64,000 nt of DNA from contig JANRKS010000026.1 of NCBI GenBank assembly GCA_033763315.1, forward strand, positions 1 to 64,000. The letters are read 5' to 3'. The stretch's first letter is position 1, and every line of letters begins with the position of its first letter. The notes beneath the pieces are model-generated. The model was not told the origin of the DNA. It searched no databases and saw only the letters and a program-made list of their open reading frames with translations. Positions 1 through 10,492 of this stretch are shown in pieces. The position numbers and the translations under genes were made by a program. The stretch is from Deltaproteobacteria bacterium (GTDB taxonomy: Bacteria > Myxococcota_A > Polyangia > Fen-1088).

Positions 1-459
1 GCGACCGTTCACTCGCCCGAAGGCCTCAATCAGCAGGTATACAACCGCTGTGTCGGCACGCGCTACTGCGCCAACAACTGTCCCACCAAGGTGAGACGCT
101 TTAACTGGTTTGACTATCGTCACGACGAGCCGCTGGAACGCATGGTGCTCAATCCTGACGTGGTCGTCCGAACCCGGGGCGTCATGGAGAAATGTTCGAT
201 GTGCGTTCAGCGAATCGAGACGGCCCGCAAGGACTCCCACAAGCAGGGCAGAGGTTTGGCCGACGGAGACGTTCAGACTGCCTGTCAGCAAAGTTGTCCA
301 ACGCAGGCGATCGTCTTTGGCGACCTCAACGATCCAAAGAGCAAGGTGTCCGTGGCAACGCACGACAGGCGCGCCTATCGAATCCTTGAAGATCTGAACA
401 TCGGCGCGGTCGTCACGTACCTGTCTCGCGTGCAAGGGGAGGTCGACGATGGCACATAA
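1..459 (+). CDS. actB: Alternative complex III ActB, Fe-S C-terminal part (5'-truncated by window edge)
   Basis: Frame 1 is open from base 1: [53 protein letters not shown]; overlaps actC start. Confidence 0.92.
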   Translation, partial: ATVHSPEGLNQQVYNRCVGTRYCANNCPTKVRRFNWFDYRHDEPLERMVLNPDVVVRTRGVMEKCSMCVQRIETARKDSHKQGRGLADGDVQTACQQSCPTQAIVFGDLNDPKSKVSVATHDRRAYRILEDLNIGAVVTYLSRVQGEVDDGT

Positions 460-1837
460 CCCTGTCTCCAGTTTGAGGCGGCCGCTCATCGAGGGTCGAC
501 GCTCTCTGCGTCAGCTCACCGACGATATCATGCGGCCACTGACCGAAGGCGTGACCCGTCGATGGTGGATTGCGTTTTTCGGTTCGCTGATCGTGTTGCT
601 GATCGGCGCGTGCGCGATCGGCTATCAAGTGTCGACTGGCATCGGTGTGTGGGGCCTCAATCGTACGGTCGGTTGGGCCTTCGATATCACCAACTTCGTG
701 TTTTGGGTGGGCATTGGCCACGCGGGCACGTTGATCTCCGCCATCCTGTTTTTGTTCCGACAAAAGTGGCGCACAAGCATCAACCGTTCCGCTGAAGCCA
801 TGACGTTGTTCGCGGTTATGTGCGCGGGCGTTTTTCCGATCATTCACATGGGGCGCCCTTGGGTGGGTTTCTGGTTCCTGCCTTATCCCAACAGCCGTGG
901 CCCGTTGTGGGTGAATTTCCGTTCGCCGTTGCTGTGGGACGTGTTCGCCATCAGCACGTACTTCACCGTATCAGCTGTGTTTTGGTACGTGGGCCTTGTG
1001 CCCGACTTGGCCACCATTCGTGACCGACTCAAAAACGGTCTCAAACGCACAATCTTTAAGGTACTTGCGTTTGGCTGGACGGGCTCGAACCGCACGTGGT
1101 CGCGCTATGAAACGCTTTACCTCTTGCTGGCTGGTCTCGCCACGCCGCTTGTGCTTTCGGTGCACACGATCGTGTCGATGGATTTCGCCACGTCGGTCAT
1201 TCCGGGTTGGCACACCACGATCTTCCCGCCATACTTCGTCGCCGGCGCTGTGTTCAGCGGGTTCGCGATGGTGCTCACGCTGTTGATCATTGCCCGCGTG
1301 GTGATGGGTTTCGAGCACATCATCACAATCCGCCATTTGGAAAACATGGCGAAGGTGATCATCGTGACCGGCAGCTTGGTGGGTTTGGCCTATGGCACCG
1401 AGTTTTTCATCGCGTGGTTCTCGGGCAGCAAGTACGAGCGGTTCACCTTCATCAACCGCGCCTTCGGACCGTTCGCTTGGGCCTATTGGATCATGGTTTC
1501 GTGCAACGTGATCTCGCCGCAATTGCTTTGGTTCAAGAAGCTGCGCACGTCGCCCTTGGCCTTGTTCGCGCTTTCCTTGGTGGTGAACGTGGGCATGTGG
1601 TTCGAACGGTTCGTTATCATCGTCACATCGCTGCACCGCGATTTCCTTCCTTCCAGCTGGGCCACGTATTCACCCACCAAGATTGAAGTCTTCACGTTCA
1701 TAGGCAGCTTTGGGCTGTTCTTCACGCTGTTTTTGTTGTTCGTGCGCGTGTTGCCTGTGATCTCGATTGGAGAGGTCAAAGGCGTGCTGTCGTTCGGACG
1801 CGGGCACGCCCAGACAGACCACGGAGCCAAATCATGA
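449..1837 (+). CDS. actC: ACIII NrfD/PsrC-family membrane quinol oxidase subunit
   Basis: [42 protein letters not shown] motifs; polytopic. Confidence 0.95.
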   Translation: MAHNPVSSLRRPLIEGRRSLRQLTDDIMRPLTEGVTRRWWIAFFGSLIVLLIGACAIGYQVSTGIGVWGLNRTVGWAFDITNFVFWVGIGHAGTLISAILFLFRQKWRTSINRSAEAMTLFAVMCAGVFPIIHMGRPWVGFWFLPYPNSRGPLWVNFRSPLLWDVFAISTYFTVSAVFWYVGLVPDLATIRDRLKNGLKRTIFKVLAFGWTGSNRTWSRYETLYLLLAGLATPLVLSVHTIVSMDFATSVIPGWHTTIFPPYFVAGAVFSGFAMVLTLLIIARVVMGFEHIITIRHLENMAKVIIVTGSLVGLAYGTEFFIAWFSGSKYERFTFINRAFGPFAWAYWIMVSCNVISPQLLWFKKLRTSPLALFALSLVVNVGMWFERFVIIVTSLHRDFLPSSWATYSPTKIEVFTFIGSFGLFFTLFLLFVRVLPVISIGEVKGVLSFGRGHAQTDHGAKS

Positions 1838-2325
1838 GCACACAAGTGATCGGCTACTTCGATTCTGAGGAAGGCCTGTTGCACGCCACTCGCGACGCGC
1901 GGCGAGCGGGCTTGACCATTGTGGACGCATTCACACCTTACGCCGTACACGGCCTGGACGACGCCATGGGTCTGAGACGCTCACGCCTACCTTGGGTGTG
2001 CTTTTTGGCTGGCATCACGGGGGGCACGTTCGCGATGAGCTTTCAGATTTGGAGCTCGGCTTCGAGTTGGGCCTTGAACGTAGGTGGCAAGCCGTTTGCC
2101 AGCTTGCCTGCCTTCGTACCTGTGACGTTTGAGGTCACCGTGCTGTCCGCCGCATTGGCAAGCGCCTTCGCGTTCTTCGCGCGCTCGCGGCTGTTTCCAG
2201 GCAAAACGGCTGCGGTGTTGCAGCGGGTCACCGATGATCGCTTCGCGCTCGTGCTGGGGTCCGAAGACAACCGCGCCGCTGCGTTTTTGAAGCATGCCGG
2301 TGCCCTGGAGGTGCAAGTTCCATGA
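1834..2325 (+). CDS. actD: ACIII ActD (DUF3341)
   Basis: [28 protein letters not shown]; ATGA overlap with actC. Confidence 0.9.
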   Translation: MSTQVIGYFDSEEGLLHATRDARRAGLTIVDAFTPYAVHGLDDAMGLRRSRLPWVCFLAGITGGTFAMSFQIWSSASSWALNVGGKPFASLPAFVPVTFEVTVLSAALASAFAFFARSRLFPGKTAAVLQRVTDDRFALVLGSEDNRAAAFLKHAGALEVQVP

Positions 2326-2960
2326 AGGCCGCTTCTTTGCTTACGTTGTGCGTGGCTTTCGCCGGCTGCGAAAACGATCCCAGCCTGCCCAACCGCGAAT
2401 ACATGCCCGACATGGTGACGTCTTCCGCCTACGAGGCGTTCTCACCCAACCCGCTGACAAAAGATGGGCGCACCATGATGGCACCACCCGCCGGCACGAT
2501 AGCACGCAGCCAAGAGCCGTTCGCGTTTGGTGTGGGCCCAGAGGAGGCCGCCCGCGCCGGCCGCAGCTTGGACAACCCCATTCCGGAAAACGACATCGTT
2601 CACAAGCGCGGTGCGATCGCGTTTGCGCGGTGGTGCGGACCGTGTCACGGACTGCTCGGCCAAGGCGATGGGCCGATCACGCGCTTGTTTCCGCGGCCAC
2701 CTTCGCTCACCGCCACGCACGCGCAAGATCTGGCGGATGGTCAACTGTTTCACATCATGACGCTGGGGCAAGGCGTGATGCCTGCCTACGCGCAACAGAT
2801 TGAACCGCGCGATCGGTGGATCATCGTTCACCACATTCGCAAGCTGCAATACGACGCTCAAGTGCAGCTTGCGCAAATGCAACCTCAACCTGCGGCGATC
2901 CCGCCGGCCCCAGCCCCCGCTGACAAAGACGGCAAAGAAGCGAAGAAGGTCACTCCATGA
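2322..2960 (+). CDS. actE: ACIII monohaem cytochrome c lipoprotein ActE
   Basis: Lipobox FAGC, YMPDM, haem motif CGPCH, distal GVMPAY. Confidence 0.9.
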   Translation: MKAASLLTLCVAFAGCENDPSLPNREYMPDMVTSSAYEAFSPNPLTKDGRTMMAPPAGTIARSQEPFAFGVGPEEAARAGRSLDNPIPENDIVHKRGAIAFARWCGPCHGLLGQGDGPITRLFPRPPSLTATHAQDLADGQLFHIMTLGQGVMPAYAQQIEPRDRWIIVHHIRKLQYDAQVQLAQMQPQPAAIPPAPAPADKDGKEAKKVTP

Positions 2961-4117
2961 ACGCGCTGGCTCGTTTTCAAAAACTATCGTTGGCCGCCGC
3001 AATTTCCGGTTTTGTGGCGTTAGGCTTAGGTTGCGCGCTGGCCCCCACGCGCGGGTTCACCGCCCTGCTCGCGGGCGCCATCATGATCGTTGGCTTGGGC
3101 GTGGGCGGCACGGCCTTGATGTCATTGAACCTTGTGGCCAAGTCCGGTTGGTACGTGGTCATCAAACGCATCTGGGAAGGCTTTTCCGCGAGCCTCTTGG
3201 CCGGTGCCGCCATCCTGGTTGTAGCCACGGGGTTAGGCTTGCGTTGGCTCTACGAATGGGCTCGCCCTGAAGCCGCGCACGATCATTTGTTGCACCTAAA
3301 GGCCGGGTACTTGAACGTGCCGTTCTTCTTCGCCCGCATGGCGTTCATCTTGGGTGTGTGGCTGTTGTTCTCCACACGGTTGCGACGGATCTCCACGGCG
3401 CAGGACAGCGCCACGGCCGACGGCGCCGTGGCCCTCGCCCGCAAAGCTGTGAGCTGGGGCGCAGGCTTTTTGGTGCTGGGCGCGATCACCATCTGCCTGG
3501 GCGCTTTTGATTGGTTGATGACCATCGAAGCACGTTGGTTCAGCACCATCTTTGGCTTCTACAACATCGCTGGCATCCTTTGCTCCACTGTGACCGCAAC
3601 CACAGTGGCGGCCATTTTGCTTTCGCGTGCCGGCTTGCTGCCACAACTCACCGAACACCATTTGCACAACCTCGGCAAGTTCATGTTCGGCTTTTGCACC
3701 TTCTGGGCTTACCAATGGTTCAGCCAGTTCATGCTCATTTGGTATTCGAATTTGCCCGAGGAAACGCAATATTTCGAGCTGCGTTGGCAGGGCGGGTGGA
3801 TGCCGATCTTTCTCTTGGTGCCGCTGCTGAACTGGGCACTGCCGTTCTTCCTGTTGCTGCCGGCCAAAGCCAAACACACACCCAAACACCTTTTGGTTGT
3901 GAGCGCGATCTTGCTCGTGGGACGTTGGCTTGATCTGTGGCTGATGGCGGCGCCCGGCAATATCCCCGTGCGGCCTTGGTTGGGCGTGGTGGAGTTGGCC
4001 GGCTTCGTAGGGCCGTTGGGCCTGTTCGCCTTCGTTGTGTCCCGGCAGTTTGGCCGCGTGCCCTTGCTGGCCGCCAAGGACCCCTATGTGATGGAAAGCG
4101 TTCATCACCACGGTTAA
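2957..4117 (+). CDS. actF: ACIII membrane subunit ActF
   Basis: YLNVPFFFAR, DWLMT, FSQFMLIWYSNLPEET motifs; operon position. Confidence 0.9.
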   Translation: MNALARFQKLSLAAAISGFVALGLGCALAPTRGFTALLAGAIMIVGLGVGGTALMSLNLVAKSGWYVVIKRIWEGFSASLLAGAAILVVATGLGLRWLYEWARPEAAHDHLLHLKAGYLNVPFFFARMAFILGVWLLFSTRLRRISTAQDSATADGAVALARKAVSWGAGFLVLGAITICLGAFDWLMTIEARWFSTIFGFYNIAGILCSTVTATTVAAILLSRAGLLPQLTEHHLHNLGKFMFGFCTFWAYQWFSQFMLIWYSNLPEETQYFELRWQGGWMPIFLLVPLLNWALPFFLLLPAKAKHTPKHLLVVSAILLVGRWLDLWLMAAPGNIPVRPWLGVVELAGFVGPLGLFAFVVSRQFGRVPLLAAKDPYVMESVHHHG

Positions 4118-4172
4118 TCTTTTTACGCGCTCGCGTCGCAGGTGCAGGCAATGGTAAATCTGGCAAGCCACC

Positions 4173-5300
4173 ATGAAGCACCTCCTCAGTCTCGTTCTTA
4201 CAACAGTTGTATTCGGTTGCGCGCCTTTGATCGCCCGCGCGGCAGAGACGCCCGCCGCTGATGTGCCTAAGCCGGAGGCCTTGTGGCCCAAAGGCGCGCC
4301 GGGCGCGTTAGGAAAGGAAGCGCAAGACGCCCCCACGGTGCAAGTGTTCTTGCCGCCTGAGGGGACGCCCAAAACCGCCACGGGCGTGGTGGTGCTGCCC
4401 GGCGGCGGGTATTGGACGGTGGCCATCGATCACGAAGGTTATGCGGTGGCGCGTTTTCTAAATTCGTTGGGCGTGGCCGCGTTCGTGGTGAACTACCGCC
4501 ATTCACCGCGCTATCAACACCCCGCGCCGATCAACGATGCGCAACGCGCCTTGCGTTTGGTGCGCAGCCGCGCGCAACAGTACAAGCTTTCGCCCGATCG
4601 CATCGGCGTCATGGGTTTCTCCGCAGGAGGGCACCTGGCGGCAACGGCGTCCACCCGCTTCGACGCGGGAAACCCCGCGGCCGCTGATCTCATCGACCGC
4701 GTGAGCTGCCGCCCGGACTTCACAGTTCTGGGTTATCCCGTGGTTTCATTCGTGGCACCCTTTTCACACACGGGCTCCTCCGAAGGCTTGCTTGGCAAAA
4801 ACCCAAACCCGCAGATGCTTGAAGATCTTTCGGCCGAAAAACGCGTGACCATTTTGACACCACCCGCGTTTATGTTTCACACCAGCGAAGACAACGGCGT
4901 GCCCGCCGAAAATTCGATTGCCTACTACCAGGCGCTGCGCGTATTCCACATTCCTGCCGAGCTGCACATCTATGAAAAGGGCAAACACGGCGTGGGCCTG
5001 GCGCCCAACGATCCGATCCTTTCAAGCTGGTCACAACGTTTGACCGATTGGCTCAAAACGCGCGAGTTGCTCACACCGCCGGCCGCGTGCAAAACCGCAA
5101 CGAAAGGCAATTCACCTGTGGCGCTCGCGTGCGCCAGTGCAGGCATTCCCGCCGCCAAGGCCGTCATGCGCGATATGATCGCCGCCGCCAAACGCAGAGG
5201 CCAAGGCTTTGAATGCGATTCGTGCCACACCAAAGACGGCATGGCCCCCGGCACCGACAAGCGTTTTGCGCAGCTGCTGAAGCTATTCGCTGGCAAATGA
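4173..5300 (+). CDS. Exported alpha/beta hydrolase (acetyl/feruloyl esterase-like) with C-terminal CxxCH domain
   Basis: Signal peptide; PGGGY, GFSAGG, D...HGVG; C-terminal extension containing CDSCH. Confidence 0.85.
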   Translation: MKHLLSLVLTTVVFGCAPLIARAAETPAADVPKPEALWPKGAPGALGKEAQDAPTVQVFLPPEGTPKTATGVVVLPGGGYWTVAIDHEGYAVARFLNSLGVAAFVVNYRHSPRYQHPAPINDAQRALRLVRSRAQQYKLSPDRIGVMGFSAGGHLAATASTRFDAGNPAAADLIDRVSCRPDFTVLGYPVVSFVAPFSHTGSSEGLLGKNPNPQMLEDLSAEKRVTILTPPAFMFHTSEDNGVPAENSIAYYQALRVFHIPAELHIYEKGKHGVGLAPNDPILSSWSQRLTDWLKTRELLTPPAACKTATKGNSPVALACASAGIPAAKAVMRDMIAAAKRRGQGFECDSCHTKDGMAPGTDKRFAQLLKLFAGK

Positions 5301-5388
5301 AGCATTAAGTTGCCGAAACGAAACGCGGCCTGGCGGCCTCACACCGGCTCTCAAGCCCCCCGCCGGCTCAGCCGATGACTGCCAAGCC

Positions 5389-6795
5389 GTGCAAGCGCCA
5401 CCGTCTCCACCGGACGAAACCTCTCGCCTCGCCGCGCTGAGAGCCCTCGGGCTACTCGACACGCAGGCCGAGGAGCGATTCGATCGACTCACACGACTGG
5501 CGCAAAGGCTATTGGGCGTGCCCATCGCCCTTATAAGCCTCGTCGACGAACGACGGCAGTGGTTTAAGTCACGTCAGGGTCTTGATGTTTCTGAGACTGA
5601 CCGCGCGCTTTCATTTTGCGGCCACGCGATCTTGTCCGACGACATATTTTTAGTGCCGGATGCCACCGCTGACGAGCGCTTCTCGGATAACCCGATGGTG
5701 GTGGGAGCGCCGAACATTCGCTTCTACGCGGGGCGACCTTTGCATGATGCCAACAGCCACCGCGTTGGAACCCTTTGCCTCATCGACAGCCGCCCGCGGC
5801 AGCTCTCGCAGGAGCATCGCCAGCTCTTAGAGGACTTGGCCGCGCTTGTGGAAGAGCAGATTCAAGACGTGCGTACGCGTCGTCTACTGGCGCAGGTTCA
5901 AGAGCAAGAAGCGCGCTTTCGCATGTTGGCGTCGCTGTCGCCCGTCGGCATTTTCGAAACGGATGCTGAAGGACGATGCGTATACACCAACAAGCGGTGG
6001 CAAGACATGACGGGCTTGCGCGCCGAGGCCGCGCTTGGCGAAGGGTGGGCCACGGCGATCTTTTCCGACGATCGCGAGGCGGCGTTTGCAGAGTGGAAAG
6101 CGGCGGCCCAAACCGGTTGCTACCAAAGTGTGTTTCGCTTTCAACGTCCCGACGGCAGCTTATGTTGGGTGAGCGCACGAGCAGCGGCGATCCGCAACGA
6201 GGACGGCGCAATCATAGGTTGGGTGGGCACGGATGAAGACATCACAACCCATCGATTGGCGGAGGAACAGCTAAGAGCAAGCGAAGCCATGTTCCGTGAT
6301 CAAGCCACCACTGACACGCTCACAGGCTTGGCCAACGGACGCAAGTTGCGCGATCAACTTGAGCACGAGCTCGCACGGTCACGACGTCATCACAATCCCG
6401 TCAGCTTTGCGCTGCTCGACATCGATCGCTTCAAGAGTGTCAATGATGGTTACGGGCACGACGCGGGAGACGCTGCGCTGATTCACGTCGCAAAGTTGAT
6501 GAAGGCACGACTGCGTGCGACGGATCTGCCGGCGCGGATCGGCGGCGACGAGCTGTGCGTCCTGTTGCCAGACACCACGAAAGACCAAGCCGTGCTCGTG
6601 GTCGAACAGTTGCGGGTGTTGATTGAAGCATCAACCGTGGCGCTGCCCACAGGAGGAACGTTTCGCATCACGGTGAGCGCGGGCGTGGCGCAGTTCGATT
6701 ACGTGTCCAACGATGACGCCACCCGACTCATGAAACGCGCCGACGAGGCGTTGTACCGCGCGAAGGCCGCCGGCCGGAACGGCGTGAGCTTGTAA
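5389..6795 (+). CDS. GAF-PAS-GGDEF diguanylate cyclase
   Basis: GAF (RQWFKS, NIRFYAG), PAS/PAC, DTLTGLAN, DIDRFKSVND, I-site RATD, GGDEL. Confidence 0.92.
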   Translation: MQAPPSPPDETSRLAALRALGLLDTQAEERFDRLTRLAQRLLGVPIALISLVDERRQWFKSRQGLDVSETDRALSFCGHAILSDDIFLVPDATADERFSDNPMVVGAPNIRFYAGRPLHDANSHRVGTLCLIDSRPRQLSQEHRQLLEDLAALVEEQIQDVRTRRLLAQVQEQEARFRMLASLSPVGIFETDAEGRCVYTNKRWQDMTGLRAEAALGEGWATAIFSDDREAAFAEWKAAAQTGCYQSVFRFQRPDGSLCWVSARAAAIRNEDGAIIGWVGTDEDITTHRLAEEQLRASEAMFRDQATTDTLTGLANGRKLRDQLEHELARSRRHHNPVSFALLDIDRFKSVNDGYGHDAGDAALIHVAKLMKARLRATDLPARIGGDELCVLLPDTTKDQAVLVVEQLRVLIEASTVALPTGGTFRITVSAGVAQFDYVSNDDATRLMKRADEALYRAKAAGRNGVSL

Positions 6796-6932
6796 GAAGA
6801 TCGTCGAACGCACTTCACCTTGGGGTGAAACCGTAACAATTCACTCTGTGAGCCTGCAACAATAACCGCGAGCCGCGGCCATCAGGTGAAAACAGCTGGG
6901 GGCCCATCCGTTCCTCCGCTAACCTGCGTTCG

Positions 6933-7736
6933 ATGTCGGTGCGAACGCGTAACAATGTGCAGGTGAGCGGCAGTGGTTTGGCGACGATGTTTTTCGCGCA
7001 TGGCTTTGGCTGCGATCAAAACATGTGGCGACTTCTGGCGCCCGCTTATAGCACCCGTTACCGAACCGTCAGCTTCGACTTGGTGGGCAGCGGAGGTTCA
7101 GATCTGTCCGCGTGGAGCCCCACCAAATACGCAACGTTGCAAGGCTATGCGAGCGACGTGGTTGAGATCGTGCGTGAGTTTGGCGAGGGGCCGGCGATCT
7201 TCGTGGGGCACTCGGTGAGCGCCATGATCGGCCTGCTCGCCGACCTGGAGGCGCCCGGGCTGTTTGGAGCGCAAATCATGATCGGCCCCTCTCCGTGTTA
7301 CATCAACGATGGCGATTACGTGGGAGGATTCACTCGTAAGGACATCGATTCTCTGCTCGAAGCGCTTGATAGCAATTATCTCGGATGGGCCAGCAACATG
7401 GCCCCCGCGATCATGGGGGCGCCCGGCCAACCTGCCCTCGGTGACGAGCTCACCAACAGCTTCTGTCGGACCGACCCCGAGATCGCGAAACACTTCGCGC
7501 GGGTCACGTTTCTTTCTGACGTGCGCTCGGAGCTCCCGCGGCTTGCCACGCCCACACTCATTCTCCAATGCGACGACGATATGATTGCACCCATCACGGT
7601 TGGTGAATACCTTCATCGCGCGCTTGCGCAGAGCACGTTGACTATCGTGAACAACGTGGGGCATTGCCCTCATTTGAGCGCCCCAAGCGCGAGCGGGGCC
7701 GCCATCGATCGCTTTTTGATGGAACAGGGCCTCTAG
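6933..7736 (+). CDS. rsbQ: RsbQ/KAI2-like alpha/beta hydrolase
   Basis: RNNVQV, AHGFGCDQNMW, GHSVSAMIG, PSPCYIND, GHCPHLSAP. Confidence 0.9.
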   Translation: MSVRTRNNVQVSGSGLATMFFAHGFGCDQNMWRLLAPAYSTRYRTVSFDLVGSGGSDLSAWSPTKYATLQGYASDVVEIVREFGEGPAIFVGHSVSAMIGLLADLEAPGLFGAQIMIGPSPCYINDGDYVGGFTRKDIDSLLEALDSNYLGWASNMAPAIMGAPGQPALGDELTNSFCRTDPEIAKHFARVTFLSDVRSELPRLATPTLILQCDDDMIAPITVGEYLHRALAQSTLTIVNNVGHCPHLSAPSASGAAIDRFLMEQGL

Positions 7737-8852
7737 GTGGCTGCGTTGCCCACGGACTCGAACACGCCGCTCGACGAAGTGGCGTGCGGGCTGATGCGAA
7801 CGGCCGAAGATGGCACGATTTTGCGGATCAACCGCATCTTCAGCGAATGGGTGGGCCAGCCGCCCGGGGCACTCCTTCAGCGGCGTCGGTTTCAGGATTT
7901 GCTGACGATGGGTGGTCGCATCTTCCACCAAACACATTGGGCCCCCCTGCTGCGCATGCAAGGCTCGATTTCGGAAGTGAAATTGGAGTTGGCGCGGGAC
8001 GAAGCGCCGCCGATCCCGATCGTCATCAATGCGATACGGCACGAGAAAGAAGGCGTGGCCTATCACGAGATCGCCGCCTTCGTGGCCCGTGACAGGGATA
8101 AGTATGAGCGCGAACTCGTTCTATCGCGCAAGCGCCTTGAAGAGTTGGTGACAGAAGCCACAAGGCTGCAAGAGGAGGCAAAAGATCGTGCGTTGTTTGC
8201 CGAACAAATGATCGGCATCGTGAGCCACGACTTACGCAACCCCTTGTCAGGAATTGCCATGGGAGCGGCGCTGCTCACGAGGGGTCAGCTTTCGGAGGGC
8301 CAACAACGCACACTCAACCGCATTCTGCGGTCCGCGGATCGTGCCCACGCGCTGATCGCCGATTTGTTGGATCTAACGCAGGCACGGCTCGGAGGTGGCC
8401 TTAGCGTTTCGCTTCAAAGCGTTGATCTGCACCACACGATCTCCGAGGCGCTTGATGAGCTTTCGTTGGTCCATCAAGGCCGCCCCCTTCATCACAAAAC
8501 CGTTGGTTCTGGCGAATGCACGGCTGATCGCAACCGCTTGGTTCAACTGCTGGGCAACCTCGTATCGAATGCGGTTGCCTATGGCACGCCGGGCCGGCCT
8601 GTGACGGTGACTTCAGGCATGGGATCGCAGTGTTTCATTGCCGTTCACAACGAAGGGGTGGCGATTCCACCTGAAAAGCAAGAGCTGATCTTTAAGCCCA
8701 TGACCCGCGGTGCGCAAAACAGCGCGGGCCGCAGCGTCGGCCTGGGACTGTTTATTGTTCGTGAAATTGCAAAGGCCCATGGGGGCGAAGCACGCGTGGA
8801 TTCAACGGCAGACGGGGGCACAACCTTCACCGTGGCGTTTCCTCGACGCTGA
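7737..8852 (+). CDS. PAS-domain sensor histidine kinase
   Basis: RsbP-like PAS; H-box SHDLRNPL; NLVSNA; GLGLFI; GTTF. Confidence 0.9.
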   Translation: MAALPTDSNTPLDEVACGLMRTAEDGTILRINRIFSEWVGQPPGALLQRRRFQDLLTMGGRIFHQTHWAPLLRMQGSISEVKLELARDEAPPIPIVINAIRHEKEGVAYHEIAAFVARDRDKYERELVLSRKRLEELVTEATRLQEEAKDRALFAEQMIGIVSHDLRNPLSGIAMGAALLTRGQLSEGQQRTLNRILRSADRAHALIADLLDLTQARLGGGLSVSLQSVDLHHTISEALDELSLVHQGRPLHHKTVGSGECTADRNRLVQLLGNLVSNAVAYGTPGRPVTVTSGMGSQCFIAVHNEGVAIPPEKQELIFKPMTRGAQNSAGRSVGLGLFIVREIAKAHGGEARVDSTADGGTTFTVAFPRR

Positions 8853-8909
8853 CGCGCTGGCCACCACGCTTTCGTGCGACAAAAGCAAGATCGAGAGTAA
8901 GCTTGCAGC

Positions 8910-9833
8910 GTGCTTGCTGTGATACCGCTTTTCTCTGTAGCGGTGGCGGTGACGGGAACAGGCGACTGTCCCGCGCCGCAGACCGTGGAAGCGGCGCTTG
9001 CCGCGCTTGCGCAACCTGGGCGGCAAGCCATGCATGGTGTGGCGGTGCATGTCGCCGGCGATCGCTTGACCGTGACCGTGCACGGCGAAGATGGCTCGGT
9101 GCTTTCCAGCAAGACGTTCGTCGAGCCCTACACCTGCGCCGAACGCGCGCAAGTGGCGGCCGTTTATGCAACCACTTGGGACGTGGCTACAACCCTAGAT
9201 TCCCCGTTGGCCGATGTGCAAGCGCCACCGCCGGCCGCGCGCGCGACACAGGTCAAAACCGCCGTCGTAAGGCCTGCGGCGACGCCTGCCGCTAGCGTCG
9301 CTCCCTCGCGCACGGTGTTGCGTTTGGGTGCAGGTGTGGCTGGCGTCGCGGGCGCGGCTTTGCAATCCGATAGCGCCGGGTATGGTGTGTTTCTTGAAAG
9401 CACATGGCGCCCGCGCAGCGCATGGGGTCTCAAAGCCGAAGTCGTAGGCTTGCCGGAGCGCTCGTTTGCGCTGGACGTGGGACAAGCCGCGTTGAGCCGC
9501 TGGGGCGGTGCGTTCGCCTATGTGCGCCGCTGGCCCGTGACGTGGGGCGCCTGGGCGGCTGATGCGGGGGCCTTGCTAACGAAAACCAACGTGCGGGGCG
9601 AAGGATTTCCGAGCGCCACAAGCGAAAGCGCCTGGGTGCCGGGGGCAGGCTTAGGCGCGGGCTTCGATGCTCCGCTTGGCTTTGCCCAACTGCACGCGGC
9701 GCTGCAAGCAGGCCTGGTGGTGTGGGCGCGCGCCGAGCGTGTGGAAGCACAATCGCCCACCGTCGCATCCCTCGCCTTGCCTCAAGCCGAATTTCTGCTC
9801 AGGCTTTGTGTGGCCTGGGAATCGCGGCCGTGA
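8910..9833 (+). CDS. Hypothetical exported protein, possibly with C-terminal beta-barrel; first gene of ECF cluster
   Basis: Signal-like N-terminus, Cys pair, Pro/Ala linker, alternating hydrophobic strands ending CVAWE. Confidence 0.6.
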   Translation: MLAVIPLFSVAVAVTGTGDCPAPQTVEAALAALAQPGRQAMHGVAVHVAGDRLTVTVHGEDGSVLSSKTFVEPYTCAERAQVAAVYATTWDVATTLDSPLADVQAPPPAARATQVKTAVVRPAATPAASVAPSRTVLRLGAGVAGVAGAALQSDSAGYGVFLESTWRPRSAWGLKAEVVGLPERSFALDVGQAALSRWGGAFAYVRRWPVTWGAWAADAGALLTKTNVRGEGFPSATSESAWVPGAGLGAGFDAPLGFAQLHAALQAGLVVWARAERVEAQSPTVASLALPQAEFLLRLCVAWESRP

Positions 9834-9922
9834 GGCCGTGAAACCTCCTTGTTTATTTCTGTGAGATCGCTGTAAGGCTGGCACCGGCCAAGGCAAGGGC
9901 TTCTCAGGTTCGCAAAGTGCTT

Positions 9923-10492
9923 ATGAGCGTCAAAAGCGTTGCCCCGGGATCCACGGCGCCGGCTCTCGCCCCGGACGCCAACGATTTTTCCCAGGTGTTT
10001 CGGCACTTTGCGCCCCGCGTGTCGCGTTGGGTGAAGCGGCTCGGCGGCCCTGAAGTGGATGCCGAAGACCTCACGCAGGAGGTTTTCGCTGTTGTGCTGC
10101 GCCGCCTCAAAGATTTCGATCCTGAACGCGCCGAGCTCGGGGCTTGGCTTTACGGAATCACGGTGAAGGTTGTGCAAGCGACGCGCCGCCGCCGCCGCAT
10201 GCGTCAGTTCCTGAGCAAAATGTTTGGCGCCCACGGCACGGTCGAACCGGCATCTCACGAGCCCGATCCAGAAGCGCAGGCGGCGCGCGGGCAGGCCCGC
10301 AGCCTGCTTTACCAACTGCTGGACACTTTGCCTGAAACCCATCGAACGGCGTTCATCTTGTACGAAGTGGAAGAACTCGACGGCCCAGCGATTGCTGAAC
10401 TCACTGGAACCTCCGTGGCAAACGTATGGGTGCGCGTCCACCGTGCCCGCCGCATGTTGGAAGCGGCAGCGCAAGGAAGGGAGCAAGCGTGA
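9923..10492 (+). CDS. ECF RNA polymerase sigma factor
   Basis: DAEDLTQEVF, GAWLYGI, region 4 LPETHRTAF...VHRARRML. Confidence 0.9.
   Translation: MSVKSVAPGSTAPALAPDANDFSQVFRHFAPRVSRWVKRLGGPEVDAEDLTQEVFAVVLRRLKDFDPERAELGAWLYGITVKVVQATRRRRRMRQFLSKMFGAHGTVEPASHEPDPEAQAARGQARSLLYQLLDTLPETHRTAFILYEVEELDGPAIAELTGTSVANVWVRVHRARRMLEAAAQGREQA

Noticed and set aside
3296-4426. Long antisense ORFs (this one, 7098-8066, 21430-22377, 57258-58139 and others)
   Set aside because: Shadow ORFs of well-supported genes in GC-rich DNA, with no motifs
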